Origin: Dubosiella newyorkensis
GTDB lineage: Bacteria; Bacillota_I; Bacilli_A; Erysipelotrichales; Erysipelotrichaceae
NCBI RefSeq assembly: GCF_001945605.1
Contig: NZ_MPKA01000082.1
Coordinates: 1 to 26,383 of the forward strand
Direction of reading: 5' to 3'
DNA: 26,383 bases
Shown one piece after another: positions 1 through 8,342 of this stretch. Within the stretch, counting starts at the first letter, position 1. Each line of letters begins with the position of its first letter. The position numbers and the translations under genes were made by a program. The notes below the pieces were generated by a model, which did not search any database, was not told the origin of the DNA, and worked only from the letters and a program-made list of their open reading frames with translations.

Positions 1-85
1 TGAAGACGACAAGGTGGATAGGCCGGGAATGGAAGGGCAGCGATGTCCGGAGTGGACCGGTACTAATAGGCCGAGGACTTGATCA
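1..85 (+). rRNA. rrl: 23S rRNA, 3'-terminal ~85 nt (gene continues upstream of the window)
   Basis: GAAGACGACAAGGTGGATAGGCCGGG...GGTACTAATAGGCCGAGGACTTGATC aligns with the conserved 3' end of bacterial 23S rRNA (compare Bacillus ...GAATACTAATCGATCGAGGACTTAACC). The exact 3' end is approximate. Confidence 0.85.
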
Positions 86-175
86 GAAAAGAGAAGAGAG
101 GACGCCATGACTTGAAACAGACGAAAGAGTTGTGTCTGAAAGATTTTTCCGGTTTTGAGGGATCGATCGAGAAGA

Positions 176-203
176 AGATCACCAAGAGGTGATCTTTTTT
201 TTT
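176..203 (+). terminator. Rho-independent terminator closing the rRNA operon
   Basis: 8-bp stem AGATCACC / GGTGATCT (176-183 / 188-195), AAGA loop, then a run of 8 T (196-203). Confidence 0.75.
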
Positions 204-209
204 GTTCTA

Positions 210-218
210 TGATAAAAT
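210..218 (+). promoter_or_regulatory. Candidate extended -10 promoter (TGaTAAAAT) for dnaE
   Basis: TG at 210-211 and TAAAAT at 213-218. The dnaE ATG (225) begins 7 nt after the hexamer and has no Shine-Dalgarno sequence in front. The -35 is weak (TGATCT, 190-195). Confidence 0.35.
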
Positions 219-224
219 ACAATT

Positions 225-3200
225 ATGATCCATCTACACACTCGAAGCTCTTACAGTTTATTGCATTCGCCAATACGCTTAGAAGAACTCATTCAAAAAG
301 CAAATCAAGAAAATAAAAAAGCGATCGCATTGACTGATCTTTCCGTGATGTTCGGAACTATGGAGTGGATCAAGCGATGCAAAGAATCTAATATAAAACC
401 GATCATAGGTCTGGAAATTACACTTAAAGAGCCAGAGTTCATGAATTTTGTGTTGTTAGCGAAAAACAATAGGGGACTTAAAAACCTTTTTAAAATTTCT
501 AGCGAAGCATCTAAACAAACCTTGACCCTAGCTCAAATCAAACCGTATTTTGAGGATCTTTTTATACTCTATGGACATGAGGACGGGATTCTTTATCAAA
601 ATTATCAAGAAAGCAAAGAGGAATTTATCGCAGATCATCTTTTAGCGCTAAAAAAAGAGATTCCTGATCTCTATCTTTCACTTGTATGCAACGATTCAAA
701 ATATCATAAAAGATTAAACGAAATTTTTAAGAAAACCGCTCAGCAACTCAATATCCCTACTGTCGCTTGCAGCCGGATTTATTATCTAAAACAAGAAGAT
801 GTAGAAGATTTAAAAGTTTTGCGGGCAATTGAAAAACAAACTACATTGAATAATGGGACTCTCAACGTCTCTTATGGGCGTTATTGGAGAACGGACCAAG
901 AAATGGAACAGTTATATGATCAAGATGATCTAGATCAAAGCGACTGGATCGCATCCCAATGCAATGTAGATTTTGAACATTTGGAAAAAAGCGATCTTCC
1001 AATTTATAAAAATAAGTTAGGTATCGATTCTCGATCTTATTTGATCAAGTTATGCAAAGCTGGATTGAAGAAGCGAATGAATGATCATATTCCTAAAATT
1101 TATATCGATCGTTTAGAATACGAATTATCGGTTATCACCAAAATGGGATTTACAAATTACTTTCTCATTGTTTATGATATGATTCGATATGCAAAAACTC
1201 AAAATATCTTAGTCGGACCAGGAAGAGGATCAGCCGCTGGTTCCCTCGTTGCTTATTGCCTTGGGATCACCCATATCGATCCGATCAAAAATCAGCTTTT
1301 ATTCGAACGTTTTTTAAATCCTGAGCGGATCTCGATGCCAGATATCGATACTGACTTTCCAGATACTAGCCGTCATAAAATCATTGAATATTTGCAAGCT
1401 CAATATGGAGCCGATCATGTTGCGTTGATCGTGACTTTTTCCGCTTTGAAAGCGAAACAAGCATTAAGAGATGTTGCTCGAGTTAAAAATATCCCTAACC
1501 TAGAAATCGATTCGATCGTACGGTTGATTCCAAATGTTCCAAATATGAACTTGAATAAAGCTTGGAATGAAATTTCTGCCTTCCGCTCTAAGATCCAATC
1601 GAAAGCGAGTTATTTAGACTTATTTCATACTGCTCTTAAAATTGAAAATCTACCTCGGCATACTTCTCAGCATGCTGCAGGCGTTGTACTTAGTCAAAAA
1701 GAAATCGTCGAAGTCTGTCCGATCTATGCAGGAGATGGAACGATTCAATCGACCCAATTTACGATGGATTATTTAGAATCCTTAGGGCTGATCAAAATGG
1801 ATGTTCTTGCTCTAAAGAATTTGACGACTGTCGAGAACATTTTATCGGACCTAAAAAAAACCTATGGACTTGAATTGGATATATATAAACTCAATCAAAA
1901 TGACAAGAAAACATATGCATTATTATCCAGTGGAGATACGATCGGTGTTTTTCAATTCGAAAGCGATGGAATCCGAAGCCTTTTAAGAGATATTCGTCCA
2001 CAAACCTTTTCGGATATTGCGATCGCTTTATCATTATATCGTCCAGGACCAATGGAAAACAAAAATGTGTATTTGGCAAATCGAAACCACCCAGAAACGA
2101 TCCACTATCTGCATCCATTATTAGAACCAATCTTGAAGGAAACGTGTGGGATCATGATCTATCAAGAGCAGATTATGCAAATTGCGCAAACGATCGGAAA
2201 TATGACATTAGCGCAAGCCGATTCATTGCGCAAAGCGATGAGCAAAAAGAATAAAGCACTTATGGATTCTTATGAAGAGATTTTTATTCAAGGTGCGACC
2301 GCTCAAAACATCAAGAAAGAAATAGCTACTAAGATTTTTAAAACAATGGAGCACTTTGCGGATTATGGCTTTAATAAATCCCATTCCTATGCATATGCTT
2401 CTCTTGCATATGCGATGGCTTATTTAAAAGCGAACTATCCTCTGTTTTTTTATCGAAGTTTATTGGACAGCGTGACGGGAAATAAAGAAAAAAGCGCAGA
2501 TTATATTTTTGAGTGCTCCAAGAGGAATGTTCCGGTCCTTCCTTGCTCGATCGTTTCTTCAACCGATCGGTATTGCATAGAAAACAACGGGATCCGAATG
2601 CCGTTTCAAGTATTGAAAGGAATTGGAAAAACGGTTTATGATAAGATCATTCAAGAACGAAAGAAAAAGCCTTTCCAAGATCTTTATGAATGCATGGCGC
2701 GCTTGATCGCGTGTGGGATTAAAGAAAATGCATTGATTACTTTGATCAATGCAGGCGCCTTTGATCCTTTGTATCCTTCTAGGAAAACACTCGCTGAAAA
2801 TTTAGATCAAATCATCAGCTATGCCAATTTAGTCAAGGTGGAGGATGAAACGCTTCATTTTGATTTTAGTGTCGCTTCTCCTCCAAATTTGATTCGACTA
2901 GAAGAGCAAGTGCTAGAGCGGGCCCAAAAAGAAAAGGAAGTCTATGGTTTTTATTTAAGCGAACATCCGATCTCGTCTTTAAGAAAAAAAAGATTTCAAA
3001 ATTTAAGAACGTTGCGGGAAATCAGTGAACAGCTCGGTTTCGTCTCTGTATTAGGACGCGTGAGCCGCATCAAGCCCTACAGAACAAAAAAAGGAGATCT
3101 GATGGCTTTCTTGACATTAGAAGATGAAACACAAATGATCGACGTGGCGATCATGCCTCGTCTATATGGTCAAATTAAAGGATCGTTGCAGGAAAATCAA

Positions 3201-3281
3201 ATCATTCTTCTCAATGGAAAAAAAGATCGAAAGGATTCGATTTTGGCTCAGAAGATCCAAATTCTTTCTTTCGATTTATAG
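225..3281 (+). CDS. dnaE: DNA polymerase III alpha subunit, DnaE type
   Basis: 1018-aa ORF. It has an N-terminal PHP signature (MIHLHTRSSYSLL) and polymerase core motifs (GPGRGSAAGSLVAYCLGIT, PDIDTDF). No internal 3'-5' exonuclease insertion is apparent, so it looks like DnaE rather than PolC. Confidence 0.95.
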   Translation: MIHLHTRSSYSLLHSPIRLEELIQKANQENKKAIALTDLSVMFGTMEWIKRCKESNIKPIIGLEITLKEPEFMNFVLLAKNNRGLKNLFKISSEASKQTLTLAQIKPYFEDLFILYGHEDGILYQNYQESKEEFIADHLLALKKEIPDLYLSLVCNDSKYHKRLNEIFKKTAQQLNIPTVACSRIYYLKQEDVEDLKVLRAIEKQTTLNNGTLNVSYGRYWRTDQEMEQLYDQDDLDQSDWIASQCNVDFEHLEKSDLPIYKNKLGIDSRSYLIKLCKAGLKKRMNDHIPKIYIDRLEYELSVITKMGFTNYFLIVYDMIRYAKTQNILVGPGRGSAAGSLVAYCLGITHIDPIKNQLLFERFLNPERISMPDIDTDFPDTSRHKIIEYLQAQYGADHVALIVTFSALKAKQALRDVARVKNIPNLEIDSIVRLIPNVPNMNLNKAWNEISAFRSKIQSKASYLDLFHTALKIENLPRHTSQHAAGVVLSQKEIVEVCPIYAGDGTIQSTQFTMDYLESLGLIKMDVLALKNLTTVENILSDLKKTYGLELDIYKLNQNDKKTYALLSSGDTIGVFQFESDGIRSLLRDIRPQTFSDIAIALSLYRPGPMENKNVYLANRNHPETIHYLHPLLEPILKETCGIMIYQEQIMQIAQTIGNMTLAQADSLRKAMSKKNKALMDSYEEIFIQGATAQNIKKEIATKIFKTMEHFADYGFNKSHSYAYASLAYAMAYLKANYPLFFYRSLLDSVTGNKEKSADYIFECSKRNVPVLPCSIVSSTDRYCIENNGIRMPFQVLKGIGKTVYDKIIQERKKKPFQDLYECMARLIACGIKENALITLINAGAFDPLYPSRKTLAENLDQIISYANLVKVEDETLHFDFSVASPPNLIRLEEQVLERAQKEKEVYGFYLSEHPISSLRKKRFQNLRTLREISEQLGFVSVLGRVSRIKPYRTKKGDLMAFLTLEDETQMIDVAIMPRLYGQIKGSLQENQIILLNGKKDRKDSILAQKIQILSFDL

Positions 3282-3310
3282 TTGAATTGTAGATTCGTTT
3301 TTAGTATAAT
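3282..3310 (+). promoter_or_regulatory. Sigma-A type promoter of the rplU-prp-rpmA operon
   Basis: TTGAAT (3282-3287), 17-nt spacer, TATAAT (3305-3310). Confidence 0.65.
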
Positions 3311-3316
3311 TCTTTC

Positions 3317-3413
3317 GTTGCAGACTGTTTAAGTATTGCAACCGCGCAGGAAAGGTATAAGTCGAGAGATCGCACCTTGATGGCGAGTCTCAGATTGACA
3401 GGAGGTGCAAAAA
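3317..3413 (+). promoter_or_regulatory. Structured 5' UTR, probable ribosomal protein L21 leader (L21_leader-type cis-regulator of Firmicutes)
   Basis: ~97-nt leader between the promoter and rplU. Hairpin 1 is GTTGCA/TGCAAC (3317-3322 / 3337-3342). Hairpin 2 is GAGATCGC / GCGA(G)TCTC (3366-3391) just upstream of the SD GGAGGTG. Position matches the known L21 leader, but the covariance model was not run. Confidence 0.5.
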
Positions 3414-3716
3414 ATGTACGCAATTATTGAAACAGGTGGAAAGCAGATCAAAGTTGAAGAAGGATCTGTGATTTTCGTAGAAAAGTTGGATGCTGCTGAA
3501 GGTTCAACTGTTGAATTTGACAAAGTGCTATTTGCCGATGGTAAAATTGGTCATCCTTTTTTAGAAGGAGCAAAAGTAACTGGTGTCGTTGAAAAACAAG
3601 GAAAAGGAAGAAAGATCACGATCGTTAAATACAAAGCGAAGAAATCTTCTACACGCCGCAAACAAGGACATCGTCAACCGTACACTCGAATCAAAATCGA
3701 ATCGATCGAGGCGTAA
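3414..3716 (+). CDS. rplU: 50S ribosomal protein L21
   Basis: [14 protein letters not shown]... is a typical L21. ATG 3414 follows the SD GGAGGTG. The ORF-track start at 3405 (GTG) lies inside the SD. Confidence 0.95.
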   Translation: MYAIIETGGKQIKVEEGSVIFVEKLDAAEGSTVEFDKVLFADGKIGHPFLEGAKVTGVVEKQGKGRKITIVKYKAKKSSTRRKQGHRQPYTRIKIESIEA

Positions 3717-3718
3717 TC

Positions 3719-4033
3719 ATGATTAAAGTCCGTATATCATGCACAGGAGACGATATACGAAGTATAGATGTGAGCGGTCATGCACTCTTTGATCAATATG
3801 GAAAAGATGTTGTATGCGCCGGGGTCTCGTCCGTAGTGATTGGCGCGCTCAATGCGCTCGATATATTATATCCAAGCGCATGCGATCTAGACATAAGCGG
3901 TAATCAGATCCACATCCATGTCTTAAAAAATAGCGATTCTATCCAAACGATGCTTTCAATGATGTTCTATCAATTGAAAACATTGGAAGAATCGTATCCT
4001 GAAAACATTCAAATTAAAAGGAAAGAGGTGTGA
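3719..4033 (+). CDS. prp: Ribosomal-processing cysteine protease Prp (YsxB/DUF464)
   Basis: 104 aa. It carries the conserved His (SGHALF) and Cys (VVCAGVS) of the Prp family and sits in the diagnostic position between rplU and rpmA. Confidence 0.9.
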   Translation: MIKVRISCTGDDIRSIDVSGHALFDQYGKDVVCAGVSSVVIGALNALDILYPSACDLDISGNQIHIHVLKNSDSIQTMLSMMFYQLKTLEESYPENIQIKRKEV

Positions 4034-4035
4034 TC

Positions 4036-4317
4036 ATGCGTTTTACATTAGATATTCAGTTTTTTGCTTCTAAAAAAGGTGTAGGTTCGACGAAGAACGG
4101 TCGTGACTCTCATTCAAAACGGTTAGGAGCTAAATTAGCCGATGGCCAAAAATGCCATGCAGGAAGCATTATCTATCGTCAACGTGGAACTAAAATCCAT
4201 CCAGGAACTAATGTTGGTCGTGGTGGTGACGATACATTATTTGCGACAGTGGACGGAATCGTAAAATACGAACGTCTCGGTAAAAAGAAAAAGAAAGTTT
4301 CGGTTTATCCAGCCTAA
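4036..4317 (+). CDS. rpmA: 50S ribosomal protein L27 with N-terminal propeptide
   Basis: [10 protein letters not shown]|[21 protein letters not shown]. The ..QFF/ASKKG junction is the Prp cleavage motif. ATG 4036 follows AAGAGGTG; the track start at 4030 is a GTG within that SD. Confidence 0.95.
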   Translation: MRFTLDIQFFASKKGVGSTKNGRDSHSKRLGAKLADGQKCHAGSIIYRQRGTKIHPGTNVGRGGDDTLFATVDGIVKYERLGKKKKKVSVYPA

Positions 4318-4321
4318 CTTC

Positions 4322-4350
4322 GAGGTCTACTATAGACCTCTTTTTTCTTT
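4322..4350 (+). terminator. Rho-independent terminator after rpmA
   Basis: GAGGTCT / AGACCTC stem (4322-4328 / 4334-4340) followed by TTTTTTCTTT. Confidence 0.75.
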
Positions 4351-4426
4351 GACCAATTGTCTAGATTCATATGTATTATCATTCTCCTATAGAATCGTTA
4401 TAATAAAGTGGAATGGAGGAATCCGA

Positions 4427-5710
4427 ATGTTTGTAGATCAAGTCAAAGTATTTATAAAAGCGGGAAATGGCGGAGATGGAATCGTAAGCTTTCGCCATGA
4501 AAAATATGTAGCCTATGGAGGACCATTTGGCGGAGACGGAGGAAAAGGGGGCGACGTGATTTTTGAAGCAGATCCTGGAATGACAACGCTGCTCGATTTA
4601 CGCTATCATCGAAAAATTATAGCTCAAAACGGAGAAAAAGGAAAAAATAAACGAATGCATGGCGCCAATGGCGAAAATAAGATCGTGAAAGTTCCCCTTG
4701 GAACATTGGTAAAAAGAGAAGATACAGGAGAGATCGTTGCAGATTTAACAGAACCCTATCAACAACAAATCGTAGCTGAAGGCGGCAGAGGCGGAAGAGG
4801 AAACTGTCATTTTAAATCTGCCCGTAATACTGCCCCGAAATATGCGGAAGATGGGAAAAGCGGTCAAGAATTCACAGCCATCGTAGAACTTCGCGTCTTA
4901 GCGGATGTTGGATTGGTTGGATTTCCAAGCGTTGGGAAATCAACTTTCTTAGAAGCTGTTACTCGAGCAAAGCCAGAAATCGGCGATTATCCATTTACGA
5001 CGATTACTCCAAATGTGGGCGTCGTTCAAACAAAAGATGGACGTAGTTTTGTTTTGGCAGATTTGCCAGGATTGATCGAAGGCGCCAGTCAAGGAAAAGG
5101 ATTGGGCCACCAATTTTTGAAGCACATTGAACGCTGCCGCGTCATTATTCATGTGATCGATATGGGCGGTGAAGATGGAAGAGATCCAGTAGAAGATTAT
5201 AAAGTGATCAATGACGAATTAGGTTCTTATCATTTACGTCTTCTTGAACGTCCGCAAATCGTGGTTGCCAATAAAATGGATCTCGAAAATTCTGAAGAAA
5301 ACTTGAAGCGATTTAAAGAAGCATATCCGACAGTTCCAGTTTATGAAGCGACTACGATCATTCATGAAGGCTTGGATCCGATCTTGAGAAAAGCTGCGGA
5401 TCTTCTGCAGACGACTCCGGCCTTCCCGATCGAAAATGAAGAAAATAAGAATACTGGAGTCGTTTATAAATTTGAAGAGCGGAAGAAAGATGTGGAAATC
5501 AAAAATATCGCCCCACATGTTTGGGAAGTATCGGGACCAAAAATCGACAAGTCGTTCGATATCAAAAAACTGAATACCGAAGAAGATTATTATTTGTTTG
5601 CCAATCGAATGCGCTATATGGGAATCGATCGAATGCTGCGGGAAGCTGGCGTTGAAGATGGAGATACTGTTCAGTTGAATGGATTCGAATTCGAGTTCGT
5701 AGAAAACTAA
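4427..5710 (+). CDS. obg: GTPase Obg/CgtA
   Basis: MFVDQVKVFIKAGNGGDG... with a glycine-rich Obg fold (GGDGGKGGDV, GGRGGRGN). It has G1 GFPSVGKST, G3 DLPGLIEGA, G4 NKMD and a C-terminal OCT domain. ATG 4427 is preceded by GGAGGAA; the track start at 4349 is an upstream extension. Confidence 0.95.
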   Translation: MFVDQVKVFIKAGNGGDGIVSFRHEKYVAYGGPFGGDGGKGGDVIFEADPGMTTLLDLRYHRKIIAQNGEKGKNKRMHGANGENKIVKVPLGTLVKREDTGEIVADLTEPYQQQIVAEGGRGGRGNCHFKSARNTAPKYAEDGKSGQEFTAIVELRVLADVGLVGFPSVGKSTFLEAVTRAKPEIGDYPFTTITPNVGVVQTKDGRSFVLADLPGLIEGASQGKGLGHQFLKHIERCRVIIHVIDMGGEDGRDPVEDYKVINDELGSYHLRLLERPQIVVANKMDLENSEENLKRFKEAYPTVPVYEATTIIHEGLDPILRKAADLLQTTPAFPIENEENKNTGVVYKFEERKKDVEIKNIAPHVWEVSGPKIDKSFDIKKLNTEEDYYLFANRMRYMGIDRMLREAGVEDGDTVQLNGFEFEFVEN

Positions 5711-5730
5711 TAAAAAGAAAGGGATAGATT

Positions 5731-6525
5731 ATGGTACATGTTTTTTTCTCAGAAGGAGCTGCTGGATTAATGAAACTTCATCAAAAAGCGGGTCGGATTC
5801 CCTCTGAGGACACGATTTTAGTTTTAGCATTCATGCTTGATCAAGGAGACCTGCAAGAAGCGTATGATTCTCCATATAGACTCGATTTGATCTATAGACT
5901 GTATACACAAAATGGAGAGATCCAAGATACCGAAGCTTTGAAAGCCTCGATTCAACAATATGTAGAGAACGTGGATATCCTGCTCAAGAAAGCAGCGAAA
6001 AACGAGCCGATCCGGATTTACATGGAGACTTCTCCAGCCGATGTATCTGGATATATATTTGTATGTCATCTTTTAGATCCATATGATATTGGACTGCATT
6101 TGATCGAAGTTCCTCAAGTGTTGCACAATCCAAATTACACGACATTTTTTCCTTCCTTGGAAAACATTCTCTATCAGCACGTAGATTATTTGCTTTCCTT
6201 GGATAAAGAAGTTCCTTATTATGATGTCAATTATTATTCAATGATCTGGGAATCGATTCGAAATGAAAACAGCGCCTTAAGAGCGATCGTGAATGGGCAA
6301 ATCATGTCTGTGAGCGATGATATCTATGATGTGATGATCTTAAATCGCTTTGAAAAAAGCAAGTTGGAAGTGCAGGCGATTGGCGAGATCATCGGAATCT
6401 ACCAACAGAAGCTCAATGATTATTTTTTAGCCGATCGGATCCAAAAACTCATTGAAAAAGACCAGCTGACTGTATTGGAAGATCATGAACATCCATACAA
6501 TCGTTTGCTGATCCGGACAAATTGA
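5731..6525 (+). CDS. Hypothetical protein, DUF1835/DUF3658-like
   Basis: 264-aa ORF with an SD-like AAAGGGA upstream. The N-terminus VHVFFSEGAAGLMK resembles the DUF1835 signature (HIxFGxSAAGxLK). Function unknown. Confidence 0.6.
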   Translation: MVHVFFSEGAAGLMKLHQKAGRIPSEDTILVLAFMLDQGDLQEAYDSPYRLDLIYRLYTQNGEIQDTEALKASIQQYVENVDILLKKAAKNEPIRIYMETSPADVSGYIFVCHLLDPYDIGLHLIEVPQVLHNPNYTTFFPSLENILYQHVDYLLSLDKEVPYYDVNYYSMIWESIRNENSALRAIVNGQIMSVSDDIYDVMILNRFEKSKLEVQAIGEIIGIYQQKLNDYFLADRIQKLIEKDQLTVLEDHEHPYNRLLIRTN

Positions 6526-6532
6526 TAGAATA

Positions 6533-7189
6533 TCACAAATGAGACCGAACGTACTTTTCAAGCGCTTTTCGGTCTTTTATTTTTATGCTTCTATAACCAA
6601 GCTCGATCCATCCGAACCGTTCCATTTCTTTGAGCTTTTTAGAAACTGTGACTCGCTGCAAAGAACAAGATTGGGCAATATCTTCATGCGAGTATGGGAT
6701 CTGAGAATTGGTGATATCTAAAGAAGGATGTGGAGATGCGGTTTTTTCCAATAAAAAATCTACGATCTTAGCTTGCGCATCCAACAAAGATAAACGACGG
6801 ATCTGGTTGGAAAGCGCCTTTAAGCTTTCCGATAAAAAAGCAATGATTTGAAGATACGATTGGGGCGATTTGGATAAATAAGGGAGCAGTTGCTCCAAGT
6901 CGAATTCTAAGATCTTCACATCATTGACTGCTTCTATGTTGCTCGTATGAAGTCCTCCTAAAAATAAATCGGAAGCGCCAAAGATCTTGTCTTCACCAAT
7001 CACATCGAGAGTCACGACTTTACCATTCTGGTTGAGAATGTAAGCTCGTACCCTACCTTTGATTATATAGTAGAAGGTGTTTCCATAATCTTGTTGATAA
7101 TAGATCGTTTGACCGGGATCGAAACACCGAAGTTTCCCGACCTTATAAAACGCTTCCAAAAGATCTTGGCTGATTTTTTCCGATTTCAT
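6533..7189 (-). CDS. Crp/Fnr family transcriptional regulator
   Basis: 218 aa. It has an N-terminal cNMP-binding beta-barrel (FYYIIKGRVRAY...GEDKIFGASDLF) and a C-terminal HTH_Crp (HEDIAQSCSLQRVTVSKKLKEMERFGWI). Confidence 0.85.
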   Translation of the reverse strand: MKSEKISQDLLEAFYKVGKLRCFDPGQTIYYQQDYGNTFYYIIKGRVRAYILNQNGKVVTLDVIGEDKIFGASDLFLGGLHTSNIEAVNDVKILEFDLEQLLPYLSKSPQSYLQIIAFLSESLKALSNQIRRLSLLDAQAKIVDFLLEKTASPHPSLDITNSQIPYSHEDIAQSCSLQRVTVSKKLKEMERFGWIELGYRSIKIKDRKALEKYVRSHL

Positions 7190-7264
7190 GCTCTAATTGT
7201 AGCATAGAAGACATTTTAAATCGGATGAATTCCTATAATAAAAGTGTCTAGAGGAGGGAGCGTT

Positions 7265-8113
7265 ATGAAATCTTATCAAATCTTGCTTCGAATCGTTTTA
7301 GGGAATCTGATCATGGCTGTCGCAGTCAATATGTTGATCGTGCCATCTCATTTTATTTCTGGAGGATCGACCGGTGTCGCTTTGATCATCCAACACTTCA
7401 CAAGCCTTCCGTTTTCTTGGATCGTGAGCGCGATCAATGGAATCATGTTTTGTGTCGGGTTCTTGTTTTTGGGGAAAAAATTCGCGGCCACAACTTTATT
7501 ATCAACGATCATATATCCATTCTTTATCGATATCACCGCGTTTCTTAGTTCTGTTGAACTTGTCAGAGATCCTTTGATCGCCTCGATCATGGCAAGCGTC
7601 ATGATGGGTGCAGGACTTGGAATGGTGATCGAATCGGGAGCGAGTACTGGAGGCATGGATATTCCGCCTATCATTTTAGAAAGAAAACTTGGATGGAATG
7701 TCGCTCTGCTCATGAATATTCAAGATCTTTTGATCTTATCCTATCAGCTTACATATTCTTCTTTAGAACAAATCATTTGCGGGATCACATTTGTATTCAT
7801 CACCTCCTTGTCGATGAATCAAGTGCTGACACTAGGGAAATCAAGCCTGCAGCTCATGATCATGAGTAACCGTTCTCAAGAAATCCGCGATCTTTTCATT
7901 CATACATTAGATAAAGGGCTAACATTGTTTGAAATCGAGGGCGGCTATTCGCAAAAAGAAAACCTAGCCGTATGTGCCTTGGTAGAAAGAAAAGAACTTT
8001 ATCTTGTTCAAAAAGAAATCAGCGCGATCGATCCAAAAGCGTTTATAATCGTTTCAAAAGTACAGGAAGTCAGAGGACAAGGATTTAAACCTTTAAAAAA
8101 CAATCGATTTTGA
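7265..8113 (+). CDS. YitT family membrane protein (C-terminal DUF2179 domain)
   Basis: Multi-pass hydrophobic N-terminal two-thirds plus a soluble C-terminal DUF2179-like domain (LTLFEIEGGYSQKENL...FIIVSKVQEVRGQGF). ATG 7265 follows GAGGAGGGAG; the track start at 7244 is a GTG upstream of that SD. Confidence 0.85.
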   Translation: MKSYQILLRIVLGNLIMAVAVNMLIVPSHFISGGSTGVALIIQHFTSLPFSWIVSAINGIMFCVGFLFLGKKFAATTLLSTIIYPFFIDITAFLSSVELVRDPLIASIMASVMMGAGLGMVIESGASTGGMDIPPIILERKLGWNVALLMNIQDLLILSYQLTYSSLEQIICGITFVFITSLSMNQVLTLGKSSLQLMIMSNRSQEIRDLFIHTLDKGLTLFEIEGGYSQKENLAVCALVERKELYLVQKEISAIDPKAFIIVSKVQEVRGQGFKPLKNNRF

Positions 8114-8215
8114 AAGGAAAGAATGATATCGTTAGTTGAAACCAATATAAGCTCTCTCTATCCAAGTTCGATGATTTTGGATGGAGAATACGCTGAAGTA
8201 GAAAAACGAAGCTTC

Positions 8216-8224
8216 TGCTATAAT
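8216..8224 (+). promoter_or_regulatory. Candidate extended -10 promoter (TGcTATAAT) upstream of xth
   Basis: TG 8216-8217 and TATAAT 8219-8224, with a weak -35. It would give a ~110-nt 5' UTR. Confidence 0.4.
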
Positions 8225-8342
8225 GAGGAAGTCAGCTCTTCAATGAAAAGCTGGTGGATACAAAACAGAAAAGGAGGTGCGGCAATTCCTCTATGCCACA
8301 TCCATATCATGGTACTGGTTGAGGTATCCTTGCCTGATTTTG

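Noticed and set aside
86-175. Possible 5S rRNA or tRNA in the 23S trailer.
   Set aside because: There are no conserved 5S sequence blocks and no cloverleaf with T-loop GTTCGAATC-like or D-loop features. Only a short CAGAC/GTCTG hairpin is present. It is treated as a processing trailer.
4349-4426. Long N-terminal extensions in the ORF-track coordinates (obg 4349, rny 17546, xth 8277, rid 25157, rplU 3405, yitT 7244, rpmA 4030, yceD 16868).
   Set aside because: The extensions cross terminators, promoters or the SD itself and add residues with no homology. Internal starts with proper SD spacing match the conserved N-termini.
6513-6540. Small TGATA-GAA-TATCA dyad between the convergent DUF1835 and Crp/Fnr stops, considered as a possible bidirectional terminator or operator.
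   Set aside because: It has only a 5-bp stem with a 3-nt loop and no flanking T or A runs, which is too weak to call.
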